From the NCBI GenBank assembly GCA_964631145.1, contig CAZVXT010000001.1, positions 255,151-319,150 on the forward strand: a DNA stretch of 64,000 nucleotides. Direction: 5' to 3'. The translations under genes were made by a program, and so were the position numbers. A model generated the notes under the pieces. The model worked only from the letters and a program-made list of their open reading frames with translations, had not been told where the DNA came from and did not search any database. This DNA comes from an uncultured Candidatus Saccharibacteria bacterium. Its GTDB lineage: Bacteria; Patescibacteriota; Doudnabacteria; UBA920. Of this stretch, positions 1 through 10,100 are shown piece by piece (the first letter of the stretch is position 1; the number at the start of each line of letters is the position of its first letter).

Positions 1-142
1 GTTTTTTAGTTTTTGAAAATCTTAATTCAAAGATTGCTTCGTAATTTTTATGTATAAAGCTGTTCTAGACAAAAACCTATTTTTTGTTATACTGTGAACA
101 TCAAATATTGAATTTTGATGTCAAAACCAAAGGAGGTAGAAT

Positions 143-706
143 ATGAAATTAAAGAAAATGTTGTTATTGCTGTTTGTTGTATTTATTTGCGCTCTGCCTT
201 CTTTGGCAGATGGTGTTGATAAACCCAAAAAAAAGAAAAAATTAGTTAAAAAAACTTCTTTAGTAAAAAATAAAGTAGCTAGTAAAAAAACTGCTAAAAT
301 TGACCGAAGCACTCCAAGACCTGTAGTCGTAGATCCTGACGCTCCGCCAATGATTAAGCCAGTAGATAAGCCTAATTTAATTTTTTTATTAAATTTAGAA
401 CCTCAATTTATTAGATTAAGGTTTGCAAATTACAGCTTGGGTTGGAATGATCAACCAATAGTTTACAAAAAAGAAATTGTAAATGTTAATTTTGAAACTG
501 AAGACTCTATCAATAATCACGTTGATAAAAAATTAGTTCAACAAATATTACAACTTTTACCTGTAAAGTCTATTATCGTAGGTCAAGGAATGTTTAATTT
601 AGAAATGGATTCAAAATTATTTAATAAAAATATTTTGATTTCTATTTTACAAAAAACTTTTCCTGATTATCAAATTAAGGAAGAAAGTGCTAATTATTGG
701 CACTAA
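143..706 (+). CDS. secreted lysine-rich hypothetical protein
   Basis: N-terminal signal peptide (LLLLFVVFICALPSLADG), KKKKK-rich segment, SD aaaggagg 5 nt upstream of the ATG. Confidence 0.5.
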   Translation: MKLKKMLLLLFVVFICALPSLADGVDKPKKKKKLVKKTSLVKNKVASKKTAKIDRSTPRPVVVDPDAPPMIKPVDKPNLIFLLNLEPQFIRLRFANYSLGWNDQPIVYKKEIVNVNFETEDSINNHVDKKLVQQILQLLPVKSIIVGQGMFNLEMDSKLFNKNILISILQKTFPDYQIKEESANYWH

Positions 707-865
707 AATTTACCCTAATTAAGGCAAAGGGAGACGCCTTGGGAGATTGGGGTAAATGGCTGGCTTTTATAAAAGCCAGCCTTTTTATTAAAATTGACAA
801 AAAATCGATATTTTGGTAAGATTAATTACGATTTATTCAATTGAATTAACTTTTAAAATAAACTC

Positions 866-1033
866 ATGGGAGTACCTAAGAAGCATAAAACCAGAAGCGG
901 TCGTGATCAACGTCGCAGTCATCATGCGCTAGTGGCGGGTCAGGTTGCTAAATGTAGTAACTGTGGAAACCCAACCATGCCTCACCATGCATGTCCAAAC
1001 TGTGGTTTTTATAAAGGACGCAAAGCTATCTAA
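866..1033 (+). CDS. rpmF: 50S ribosomal protein L32
   Basis: 55-aa ORF missing from the supplied track (below its length cutoff): [23 protein letters not shown]...CSNCG...[16 protein letters not shown]. It has the L32 signature KxxRSxRDxRRSH plus a CxxC...CxxC zinc ribbon. A TTGACA-17-TAAGAT promoter lies at 793-821. Confidence 0.75.
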   Translation: MGVPKKHKTRSGRDQRRSHHALVAGQVAKCSNCGNPTMPHHACPNCGFYKGRKAI

Positions 1034-1083
1034 GCTTGGCGTTTTTTATTGACCAAAATTATTTATTTCATTATAATTTTTAC

Positions 1084-1512
1084 ATGGCAAATAGACATTT
1101 ATTAAGAACTGTAGCTCTTCAAGCTTTGTTCGAATGGGACTTTAATAATAAGCAGTTAGAAATTAACGATATCGTAGCTCGAGATTTTTCAGAGTTTGCT
1201 GGTGGTAGTGATGAATTTGAATTTGCTCAAAAATTAGTTGATGGTGTAAAGGAAAATCTAGAGCAGTTAGATGGTTTGATTGTAAAATACGCTCCAGAAT
1301 GGCCCATAGAACAAGTTACGATTATAGATCGTAATGTCTTGAGATTGGGATTTTATGAATTGATATTTAGCAAAGATATTCCGCCAAAAGTAGTAATTAA
1401 CGAAGCTGTAGAAATGGGTAAAAGATTTGGCGGCGATTCTTCTGGTAAATTTGTAAACGGTGTGCTCGGAACTTATTATAAAGAAACTTATAAAGAAGAT
1501 ATTACCATGTAA
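1084..1512 (+). CDS. nusB: transcription antitermination factor NusB
   Basis: [17 protein letters not shown] ... FVNGVLG motifs typical of NusB. The track ORF starts at 1036, but the ATG at 1084 sits directly after a TTGACC-17-TATAAT promoter (1049-1077), so I take 1084 as the start. Confidence 0.7.
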   Translation: MANRHLLRTVALQALFEWDFNNKQLEINDIVARDFSEFAGGSDEFEFAQKLVDGVKENLEQLDGLIVKYAPEWPIEQVTIIDRNVLRLGFYELIFSKDIPPKVVINEAVEMGKRFGGDSSGKFVNGVLGTYYKETYKEDITM

Positions 1513-1524
1513 TTTTTTTATATA

Positions 1525-1550
1525 ACCCGCAATTGTGCGGGTTTTTTATT
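1525..1550 (+). terminator. rho-independent terminator after nusB
   Basis: hairpin acccgcaattgtgcgggt followed by tttttt. Confidence 0.7.
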
Positions 1551-1630
1551 TTAGCCAAAATTTATTTTTATTTAATCTAGCCTTGATTTATTATCAGTCA
1601 TAATCAAATTAAGATTATTAAAATAAATAT

Positions 1631-3793
1631 ATGTATAAATATTTGCTTAGGTTATGCGGGGCAATATCTGTATTGTCCTTAATGCTAGTGAGTTTTCCGT
1701 TTGCTGTTAAGGCGGATAATTTGCCGCTTATAATTTCTGCTGTTCAGATTACAGGAGGTTATGGGCATACCAATGACGACTTTGTTGAGTTATATAATCC
1801 TAATGCTGAACCTGTTAACTTAAATGGTTATCGTTTAGTTAAACGAGCAAGTTTAGGTCAAACTGATACATCAATTAAATCATGGACCTCAGATGTTTTT
1901 ATCCCTGGTTATAGTTTTTATTTGTGGGCAAACTCGAGTTTTTCTACTATTTCTAAAATTCCGGATGTAACTACATCTTCTACACTATCATCTGACAATG
2001 GAGTAGGGTTGAAGTTTGGGGCATTGGACACTGGTAATTTGGTAGATAGTATCTCATGGGGTGCTGCTAATAATGGTTTTGCAAAATCTGGTTTATCTAA
2101 TCCAGCTGGGCTAAAATCTATAATCAGACAAGACTTATTTAATGAGGATGCGTATGTTTTGCAAGATAGTAATCCAAGAAGCTCGAAAGATGTTTATGCT
2201 CCACTAATTTCTACTCCCACACAGCAACAACTAGTTGATAATGCATTGTGTAGTATGGATAATGTAGAAACAAATTTGGTTTCTGGAACAGGCACATCAT
2301 TTAATATTTATTTTGAAAATACAGGAGGGGTAAATTGGAATGAAGGTTATAGAGTAATGCAAAGCCAAGAAGAAGTGTTTAAACTTGATGCACTAGTAGT
2401 TCCTAGTTCTAAAATTACTATCCCAATAACTATAGAAAACAATGTTCCAGTCGGACAGCATTCTTATGAGTGGGGTTTGCAGAATTCTTCTGGGCAGTCT
2501 GTTGGAACCAGCTGTAATTTGGACTTAAATATTAGCAGTAATCCTCTATTAAACACTCCTCCCGAGCAATCTTTGCCTAAGTTAAAAATTCAAAAATTAG
2601 TACCTGGTGATGATAGTGCATCAGGGTATAATATTGCGCAAGTCGAATTATTAAATAATGATACTCAAGATATAGATTTAACAGGATTATTTTTAGATAT
2701 CGCTGAGAATCCATCTTTAGATAGTCCCAGCTTATCGGATAAAGCAATTGCTTTACCAAAATCTGTTATTTTGCAAGGAAAAACTATTGATATTAATTTA
2801 CCAGAAGAATCATTTAATTTAAGTAATAATGAAAAGACATTAATTATTGCTACATCTTCAGGATATCTGATTGATTCTGTTAAGTTTAATGGTGCCAACT
2901 ATATAAAAGACAGTAATTTTGTTTTAACAAATGGAGTTTGGTTATGGGTTCCACCGTCGTCATTGGATTTGGCTCCTAATTATGATAATGATTCGGTGCA
3001 AAACTCTTTACCTGCTAATAGTATTGATTTAAATAATAATGCTCCATCGCCAAATCTAGAAGATTTATCTAAAATAGTGATCTCTGAAGTTTACGCTAGC
3101 CCTACAATAGGCGATAAAGAGTTTTTAGAGTTACATAATATTGGGAGTATTGGTATAAATCTTTCCGTATTGCGTTTGTATATTGGCGATAAGCTTATTA
3201 AATTACCTATTAAAATTATAGAACCTAATCAGTTTTTGGTATTGCAAAAACCAGATGCTACTATAGTTTTACCAAACGGAGGTAAGGATATTGTAATAAA
3301 AGATCAAAATCTGAATATTATTAGCAAATTATCATACCCAAAAACAAATAAAGGACAATCTTATTCTTTAATTAACTCCGTATATAAAATTACTCAAAAG
3401 CCGACCCCAGGATTTGCTAATCAAGAAATTGGCAGCATCAAACAGGCAACCGTCGCATCTGTGATTAAGTCTGAAATTAAAAAATTGCAAGAGAAGGTGA
3501 AGTCTTCGTCAGTCATAAAAAAAGCAGTATCGAATAAAAGTAAAACAATAACTAAAAAAGTGCCTTCTAAGACTTCAGTCAAGCTTCAATCAACTACACA
3601 AAACGAAACCAATACTGGTACGGAAAATAAAGCTAATAGTATGGACATTGAAAATGATTTCAATAGCTTGGAAGCGTCGAATACAAATAAAGAAGCTTCT
3701 GGACCTTGGCAAGTAATAGTTTTGGGTGCTGCTGCTGTTTTGGCAGGAGGCGCAGGTATCTATAAATATTTTATTTCCAACTTGCCGATTTAG
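1631..3793 (+). CDS. surface protein with two lamin-tail-domain (LTD) repeats and a C-terminal transmembrane anchor
   Basis: signal peptide; LTD signatures DDFVELYNPNAEPVNLNGYRL and KEFLELHNIGSIGINLSVLRLYIGDK; C-terminal hydrophobic helix VIVLGAAAVLAGGAGIY. Confidence 0.6.
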   Translation: MYKYLLRLCGAISVLSLMLVSFPFAVKADNLPLIISAVQITGGYGHTNDDFVELYNPNAEPVNLNGYRLVKRASLGQTDTSIKSWTSDVFIPGYSFYLWANSSFSTISKIPDVTTSSTLSSDNGVGLKFGALDTGNLVDSISWGAANNGFAKSGLSNPAGLKSIIRQDLFNEDAYVLQDSNPRSSKDVYAPLISTPTQQQLVDNALCSMDNVETNLVSGTGTSFNIYFENTGGVNWNEGYRVMQSQEEVFKLDALVVPSSKITIPITIENNVPVGQHSYEWGLQNSSGQSVGTSCNLDLNISSNPLLNTPPEQSLPKLKIQKLVPGDDSASGYNIAQVELLNNDTQDIDLTGLFLDIAENPSLDSPSLSDKAIALPKSVILQGKTIDINLPEESFNLSNNEKTLIIATSSGYLIDSVKFNGANYIKDSNFVLTNGVWLWVPPSSLDLAPNYDNDSVQNSLPANSIDLNNNAPSPNLEDLSKIVISEVYASPTIGDKEFLELHNIGSIGINLSVLRLYIGDKLIKLPIKIIEPNQFLVLQKPDATIVLPNGGKDIVIKDQNLNIISKLSYPKTNKGQSYSLINSVYKITQKPTPGFANQEIGSIKQATVASVIKSEIKKLQEKVKSSSVIKKAVSNKSKTITKKVPSKTSVKLQSTTQNETNTGTENKANSMDIENDFNSLEASNTNKEASGPWQVIVLGAAAVLAGGAGIYKYFISNLPI

Positions 3794-3960
3794 TAATTAT
3801 TTTAGATTAATTTAAAAGGTAAAAATCTTTTAAATTCTTAATAAAAATGCTATAATGGATACACTATGCTTAGTTTATTCAAAAAAACCTGGAATAGCAT
3901 AGAAATTGCTATAGCTTTTATCATTAACAGTATTGGCAATATCTTTTTTGGGTAATATTT

Positions 3961-4263
3961 ATGGCTATAAATAAATCACAATTCATAGAATTACTAGCGG
4001 CTAAATTAGCGATAACATATACAGAAGCCGAGCGTATGATTAATTCTTTCACATCCTTAATTTATGAACAGTTAAGAAATGGTGAAAAAGTTAATATTAC
4101 AGGGTTTGGACAGTTTAGTGTTTCTCATCGTGCTCCTAGAATTGGAGTAAATCCAAGAAACCCTTCACAAAAAATTACAATACCAGAGTTGAATGTACCA
4201 AAGTTTAAGGCAGGAGAAGCTTTTAAGGAAGCTGTAAAACTCAGAAAATCTAATAATGTTTAA
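3961..4263 (+). CDS. hup: HU/IHF-family DNA-binding protein
   Basis: 100 aa; MAINKSQFIELLAAKL...GEKVNITGFGQFSV...RNPSQKITIP matches the HU fold signature. Confidence 0.75.
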   Translation: MAINKSQFIELLAAKLAITYTEAERMINSFTSLIYEQLRNGEKVNITGFGQFSVSHRAPRIGVNPRNPSQKITIPELNVPKFKAGEAFKEAVKLRKSNNV

Positions 4264-4269
4264 AATTAA

Positions 4270-4297
4270 AGACCGCATTTGATGCGGTCTTTAATTT
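4270..4297 (+). terminator. rho-independent terminator after hup
   Basis: hairpin gaccgcatttgatgcggtc plus T-rich tail. Confidence 0.6.
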
Positions 4298-4328
4298 AGT
4301 ATCAGTACAAAAAATTTAGACAATTTTT

Positions 4329-5402
4329 TTATTGTATTTTGAGGTCATTTTCGGGATAATCTAGATTTCGATTGTGATCTTTGTAATCCAAATTTGAATT
4401 GCTGCAAGTTGCTCCTTCAGGGCATTCAAAATTAGTCTCTCCGTCATCATATCTACAGCCATCATAGTCGATTGAACAATCCATATCTGGGTTATAGTTA
4501 CAACCAATTCTATCTTTTGAACAATGTGTTCCTGAATTATTGTTAAGTATTTCTGAAGCAAAAGAGTAGGATGCAAATACTCCAAAACCAACTAAAATAA
4601 TACCACCAATAACTGCTGCTATTTGGTAATACCAAACACCTCTAGAAGTTGGTAGTGCAGCTGGTCCAGTATTTTTTACATCATTATATATAATATACAT
4701 AAAGATCATGTATAGTGGGGCAAAAATGATCATAAGCGGACTGTAATACATGCCTGTGGTGAGGATGGCTAAGATCCATACGATTGCAAATCCAATAAAA
4801 AGGAAAAATAAATTCCACCATCTTCCTCTTACTAAGTCGCGGCTTGCTCTTACAGATTCCCATGTGGATTTGTTTTCTAATACAGCTATAAAGATAACAA
4901 ATGTAAGGCTAATGCCAAAAATAATTGCAGGGATTAAGAAGAGGGCGTATCCACCAATTATAATTAGAAACAAAATACCAATAGTTGGAAATAATCTTTT
5001 TACATCAGGCTTGGATTCTAGTAATAGATCTTTGATCGATTTGTCTTCGTTATTGGCTGCAAGATATTTGATGGAGGCTATCATCTGCCAAGAAATGGCT
5101 ACAAACAAAACAAATGCTCCATAAATAAGTAATAATGAAATGATTATCGCAGTAGCAATTTTCATATTTAAGATAGAAAAGATTGCAGCTAATAATACAG
5201 CTGGTATACCGCCAACTATAACAAACATAACCGCGATAACTAAGGTAATAATATTTATACCTAATAGGTTCCAAACTTTTGTTTTAGCTAAGCTCCAAGT
5301 TTGACTTAATATGTCGTAAAGCTGGATTTTTTTAACCGGAGCAAGAGTATTTTGAACCTGGGGTTCTTGGCTTGCCATGGTTTTTGTTGATTCTTCTGCC
5401 AT
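4329..5402 (-). CDS. polytopic membrane protein with a Cys-rich C-terminal tail
   Basis: about 8 hydrophobic helices; acidic, cysteine-rich C-terminus (CSKDRIGCNYNPDMDCSIDYDGCRYDDGETNFECPEGATC). Confidence 0.45.
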   Translation of the reverse strand: MAEESTKTMASQEPQVQNTLAPVKKIQLYDILSQTWSLAKTKVWNLLGINIITLVIAVMFVIVGGIPAVLLAAIFSILNMKIATAIIISLLLIYGAFVLFVAISWQMIASIKYLAANNEDKSIKDLLLESKPDVKRLFPTIGILFLIIIGGYALFLIPAIIFGISLTFVIFIAVLENKSTWESVRASRDLVRGRWWNLFFLFIGFAIVWILAILTTGMYYSPLMIIFAPLYMIFMYIIYNDVKNTGPAALPTSRGVWYYQIAAVIGGIILVGFGVFASYSFASEILNNNSGTHCSKDRIGCNYNPDMDCSIDYDGCRYDDGETNFECPEGATCSNSNLDYKDHNRNLDYPENDLKIQ

Positions 5403-5493
5403 TTGATAGATTGTTTATTAATTATTTTTATTATACAACATTTGATATGTATTCATCAATAATAAAACACCAGTTCGTCTGGTGTGTTATTAT

Positions 5494-5568
5494 TTGGAGC
5501 GGGTAAGGGGAATCGAACCCCTATCATCAGTTTGGAAAACTGAGATAATAACCATTATACGATACCCG
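5494..5568 (-). tRNA. tRNA-Gly(UCC)
   Basis: cloverleaf read by hand on the minus strand: acceptor GCGGGTA/TACCCGC, anticodon loop TTTCCAA, T-loop TTCGATT, encoded CCA; a hairpin terminator lies downstream. Confidence 0.8.
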
Positions 5569-5687
5569 CTAGTTTTTTTTACTTACTAAGTATATCAGCG
5601 ATTTTATTACTTTTCAAGGTGAAATGTCTAAGGCTATTGAAATAAAATTAAATAATTGTTATTATTGGTGAAATTATAGGAGGTTGT

Positions 5688-6035
5688 ATGAAAAATTTTG
5701 CATTGTGTCATTTGCCCAGAAATTCCTTGACTCGAGAATTAAATAATCCAAATTCAATGACTATGAAGTTTTTAAAGAAATTTTATGATCGGATGAATAG
5801 TTTAGTAGAATATTTTAGTCCTAAAGACCAAGAAAATGAAATTATGTTTGAGTTAGAGGTTAGAAGTGGTTTAAACAAAGTTTCTTATGAGTATGACGGT
5901 TTTGGGTATAAGTCTAAAATAGGTGCGTATCCTCCACATGTAAAATTGGGGTGGTGGGTAGCGAGAATGCATATTGTTATATACGATGATGATATTGCTA
6001 CTGAAAAAAAGAGTATAATTGGTATTTCTATATAA
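5688..6035 (+). CDS. hypothetical protein
   Basis: ORF only; sits between two tRNA genes; SD aggagg upstream. Confidence 0.3.
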   Translation: MKNFALCHLPRNSLTRELNNPNSMTMKFLKKFYDRMNSLVEYFSPKDQENEIMFELEVRSGLNKVSYEYDGFGYKSKIGAYPPHVKLGWWVARMHIVIYDDDIATEKKSIIGISI

Positions 6036-6242
6036 AAGAATTTGATATACACGGTAAATTAGCAAATAAGAAAATATCAGAAATGCTTAAGTTATTGAAA
6101 ATATTAAATATTAAACCAGAACCAGAATCTATAACTAAATTGGATAAAGCGATTGAAGTTTTGATTACATAAATATGTAAATTGTTATAAGAGCGTTTAG
6201 CTCTTTTTTATTTTAAAACCGCCCAGTTAGGCGGTTTTTATG

Positions 6243-6319
6243 TGGTCGGGAACCCGGGACTCGAACCCGGAACCTCTCGGTCCCAAACCGAGTGCTCTAG
6301 CCAATTGAGCCAGTTCCCG
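6243..6319 (-). tRNA. tRNA-Pro(UGG)
   Basis: acceptor CGGGAAC/GTTCCCG, anticodon loop TTTGGGA, T-loop TTCGAGT, encoded CCA. Confidence 0.8.
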
Positions 6320-6528
6320 TAACTTCAAAAGTAATAATATAACTATGTTATTATAACCAATTTTATAAATTTTGGCAATGGTTATTAATTTTTATCGTAT
6401 ACTCTAGCAGTGCCAACCCTTTTGGGATTTACTAATTCTGTAATAAATATGAAATATTAATCTTATTTCTATGTATTAATCTAGAATTTAGCCATTATTA
6501 AATGACTAAATATTAACCCTTAAAATGA

Positions 6529-6557
6529 TTGACATATATTTAAGAGTGTCTTATAAT
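6529..6557 (+). promoter_or_regulatory. consensus sigma70-type promoter, TTGACA-17-TATAAT
   Basis: perfect -35 TTGACA (6529-6534), 17-nt spacer, perfect -10 TATAAT (6552-6557). Confidence 0.55.
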
Positions 6558-6563
6558 GTACCT

Positions 6564-6667
6564 AAATATGAGTAGTTGGAACACCCATCATAAAAATTCA
6601 ATAAAATCAGCCTTTTTAGCCAAATAACGCAAAAGTTATTGGTTATTTATAGTAGGCTGATTTTTTT
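6564..6667 (+). ncRNA. candidate roughly 100-nt small RNA, or attenuated leader of the surface-protein gene
   Basis: predicted transcription start about 7 nt after the consensus -10; the transcript would end at the branched hairpin tcagcct...aggctga plus ttttttt (6607-6667); no ORF inside. Confidence 0.3.
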
Positions 6668-6740
6668 CGTGTCCTAAACCACTTATATCTGTAACATCTT
6701 AAAATATAAAGCGTCTATATAACTGAACCGTTAACAAAGC

Positions 6741-6779
6741 CTCAAAATTTGGCTCAAAGATTTTGAACCAAATTTTGAG
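6741..6779. repeat. perfect 12-bp inverted repeat with a 15-nt spacer
   Basis: ctcaaaatttgg ... ccaaattttgag; the spacer carries a nested tcaaa/tttga inverted repeat; lies about 390 bp upstream of the large surface-protein gene. Confidence 0.6.
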
Positions 6780-7165
6780 TAGTTGTTACTCGCAGAATAT
6801 AGTAGAAAGTTTTTACAATCTAATTATTGACCCATTCTTTAAATTCACTATAAAAGGTGTCTATTAATATAATTACCCGCTAAAGTTTGCTTTTAGTAAA
6901 CAGTAGTGGGGGAAAGACTTCTTGGTCGAACTTTTGTAGCAAATGGTTTGAGAATGGACTATCAATAGTCGGCCTATATTTAAAGTCCGGTTTAGCGAAC
7001 TCTAGAGCGCTAGGCTAGTACGATAAAATAGTTCGTTAAAATCAATTAATTATTTTCTAAAAATTTGATTGTCTCAATTGAATAATCAATTTTGCTTACC
7101 TCTCTTTTGTCAGATAATGAACACAAGATAGAACTAGGCATCAATTTTAGAAAATGGAGTTCTAA

Positions 7166-10100
7166 ATGAATTTAATTAAAAAAGTTGCTGTTAGCTTGTC
7201 TTCAGTAGCTATGGTTGCTGCCATGGCCTTTGTACCTGCTGCGGCTTCTGCTGCAACTCCTGGTGAAGTATACAAGACCACTGATGGTACTGTATGGTTT
7301 ATTACCAGCGATATGCAAAAGCGTCCTTTCACTTCCGCTGGCGCTTTCTTGAGCTATGGCTTCTTGTCTTGGTCTCAAGTTAAGTCTGCTGACGCAAGTG
7401 TTACCGCTCTTCCTACAGGTGCGTTTATCGCTCCTCAAGATGGTACAGTTTTCTGTGCTACCGAAACCAAAGGAACTGACGTAAAAGGTGAATGTTCTTT
7501 AGTAACTGGCGGTCAAAAAGCTGCTTTTACTTCTGCTGACGTTTTCACTGGTCTTGGTTTCTCTTTTGCTCGTGCACAATACGGTGATTCTTCTTTCTTA
7601 AGCAAAACTACTAACGTAGCTTCTGCTTCTGAAGCACACCGCACTGGTGTATTAGTAAACAACGCTGGAACAGTTCAATTAGTATGGAATGGTGCTCTAT
7701 GTGGCGTTCCTTCAATTGACGTGTTCAACTCTTGGGGTTACAGCTTTGCAAATGCTGTAACTGCAAACGCTGCTGACAAAGCTATGACACAATCTAGTGT
7801 TATGGTTGGTCGCACAGCTGGACAATTGGTTCCAACTTGTTCAAACAACCCAGCTCCAACTGGTCCTGTAACTGCTGCTTTAGCATTTGACAACCCAGCT
7901 GCTGGAACTGTAGTAACTAACCAAGCTGCTGCAGACTTAGCAAAAATCACCTTCACTGGTTCTGGTACCGTAACTGGTTTAACCTTCCAAAGAATTGGTG
8001 TTTCTGCTGATACTTCTTTGAGCAATGTTTACTTGTTCGATGGTGCTACTCGTTTGACTGATGCATCTTCTGTATCTTCTGGTAGCATGATCAACTTCTC
8101 TAATGGTGCTGGTTTATTCACTGTAAGTGGTTCCCGCACTATTACCGTAAAATCTGACTTAAACGCTGTTAGCGGTGAAACCGTTGGTGTTAAGTTGGTT
8201 AGCGGTACTTTAGCAGGTAGCTCTAGTCTTGCAGGTGTACCATTAAATGGTAACTTGATGACTGTTGCTGGTGCTACATTGGCTGGTGTTTCTTTTGGTG
8301 CAGTAACTCCAAGTTCTGCAACAATCGATCCTGCTAAGGATGTAGTAGTATGGCAAAGCACTGCTACTGTTTCTACTCGCGACGTATGGTTAGACCGTTT
8401 GGCATTACGCGAAATTGGTTCAATCAACTACAGCGATATCAATAACTTCCGTTTGATGGTTGACGGTACAACTGTTGCAACAACATCTAACTTAGATAGC
8501 AATGGTTATGTAACCTTCTCACCTGCATCTCCAGTTAAATTAACTTCTGGTGCTCGTGTGATTAAAGTAGTCGCTGACATTGTTGGTGGTTCTACTCGTA
8601 CAGCTACATTCTCTATCAGACAAAAAGCTGACTTAGGTCTACGTGATAGTCAATATAATGTTGGTATCGCAACCGCTACAGCTACTCCTATCGCAGCTGG
8701 TACATTAACTATCTCTACTGGTAGCGTAACTGTACAAAAAGCTTCTGATTCTCCATCTACTGACGTAACTTTGGGTGGTAATGATGTTCTTCTTGGTAAG
8801 TACACTTTAACCGCTTATGGTGAAGCAGTTAAGATTGAAACTCTAAGTGTTCAAGCTGTAATGGGTGTTAACGGTACTGCTGCTACAACTATTCGTAACG
8901 GTCGTATCTTAATTGGTGGTACTCAATACGGTTCTACCACAAACATGTCTACTGCTGCTGGTACTAGCTACACTGTTAATTACACAGTACAACCTGGTAC
9001 TCCTGTAACCTTAGAAGTTCGTGGTGATATCAAAAATGGTACTGGTGCTGACTTAAATGCAAACGATACCATTTTGGCTCGTATTAAAGCTGGTACCAAC
9101 AATGGTCAAGCTCAAGTATCTGGATCTACTATCAATGTTCCAACTACTGATGTAGATGCTAATACTCGTACAGTAAAGAGCGGTTCTATTAGCTTAGCTA
9201 AGACCTCTACTTACACAAACCAAACCACAACTGTTCCTCAAACTGCATACAAGATCGCTTCTTACCAGTTAACTGGTTCTAGCATCGAAGATGTAAACGT
9301 AAATACCATTTCTATGGATTTTGCAGCAGTTGCTGGTACTACCTTTACTTCTGCTGACATGACCAATGTCTACGCTATGTATAATGGTGAAAGACTAACA
9401 ACCAAGAGCACAATTTCTGCTTCTGGTAACACTTGGTCAATTTCTAAGACCTTGCCAGCTAATGGCACTGCTACAGTTGATATCTACGGTGACGTAGGTA
9501 CTGTAATCACCGCTGCTGATTCAGCACGCGCTACAGTAACTGTTAGCGGTACAACCGTTAACTCTGCACAATCTGTAACAAGTGGTGCAGTTACAGGTCA
9601 AACCATCTTGATTGGTAGCTCTTCAGTAGCTGCTACTAAAGATGCTTCATCTCCAGTAGCTTCTAACTTAGACGATACTGGTACTGTTACTGCAGCTGCA
9701 TTCAAGTTTGCTGCAACTAACGATAGCTACACTATTAGCCAAATCGACGTTAAGTTTGCTGCTGCTCCAACTACAGTTTCAACTGTATCTTTGGAAGACA
9801 GCAATGGTAATGCAATTGGTTCTCCAAAACCAGCTGCTGGTACTGTAAGCTTCGGTGGTTTGTCTGTAATGGTCCCAGCTAACGACACTGCAGGTAAGAT
9901 TGTTCGTGTTAAACTTACTCTTTCTACTGTAGGTCCATCTGCTGGTACTTCTGGCGAAGATGTAACTGTTACTTTGGATGGCTTTAACGCTGTAAGCGCT
10001 AATGGTACATCTGGTAACAGCACAACTGACGTAGCTGCTAATGGTATGTATGTCTTCAAGTCATTACCAACCATTACTAACGTTAACTTGCCAACAACTT

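Noticed and set aside
3866-3955. 29-aa ORF (MLSLFKKTWNSIEIAIAFIINSIGNIFFG) starting 9 nt after an extended -10 upstream of hup
   Set aside because: Could be a leaderless micro-protein, but is equally consistent with a plain 5' UTR of hup; no evidence.
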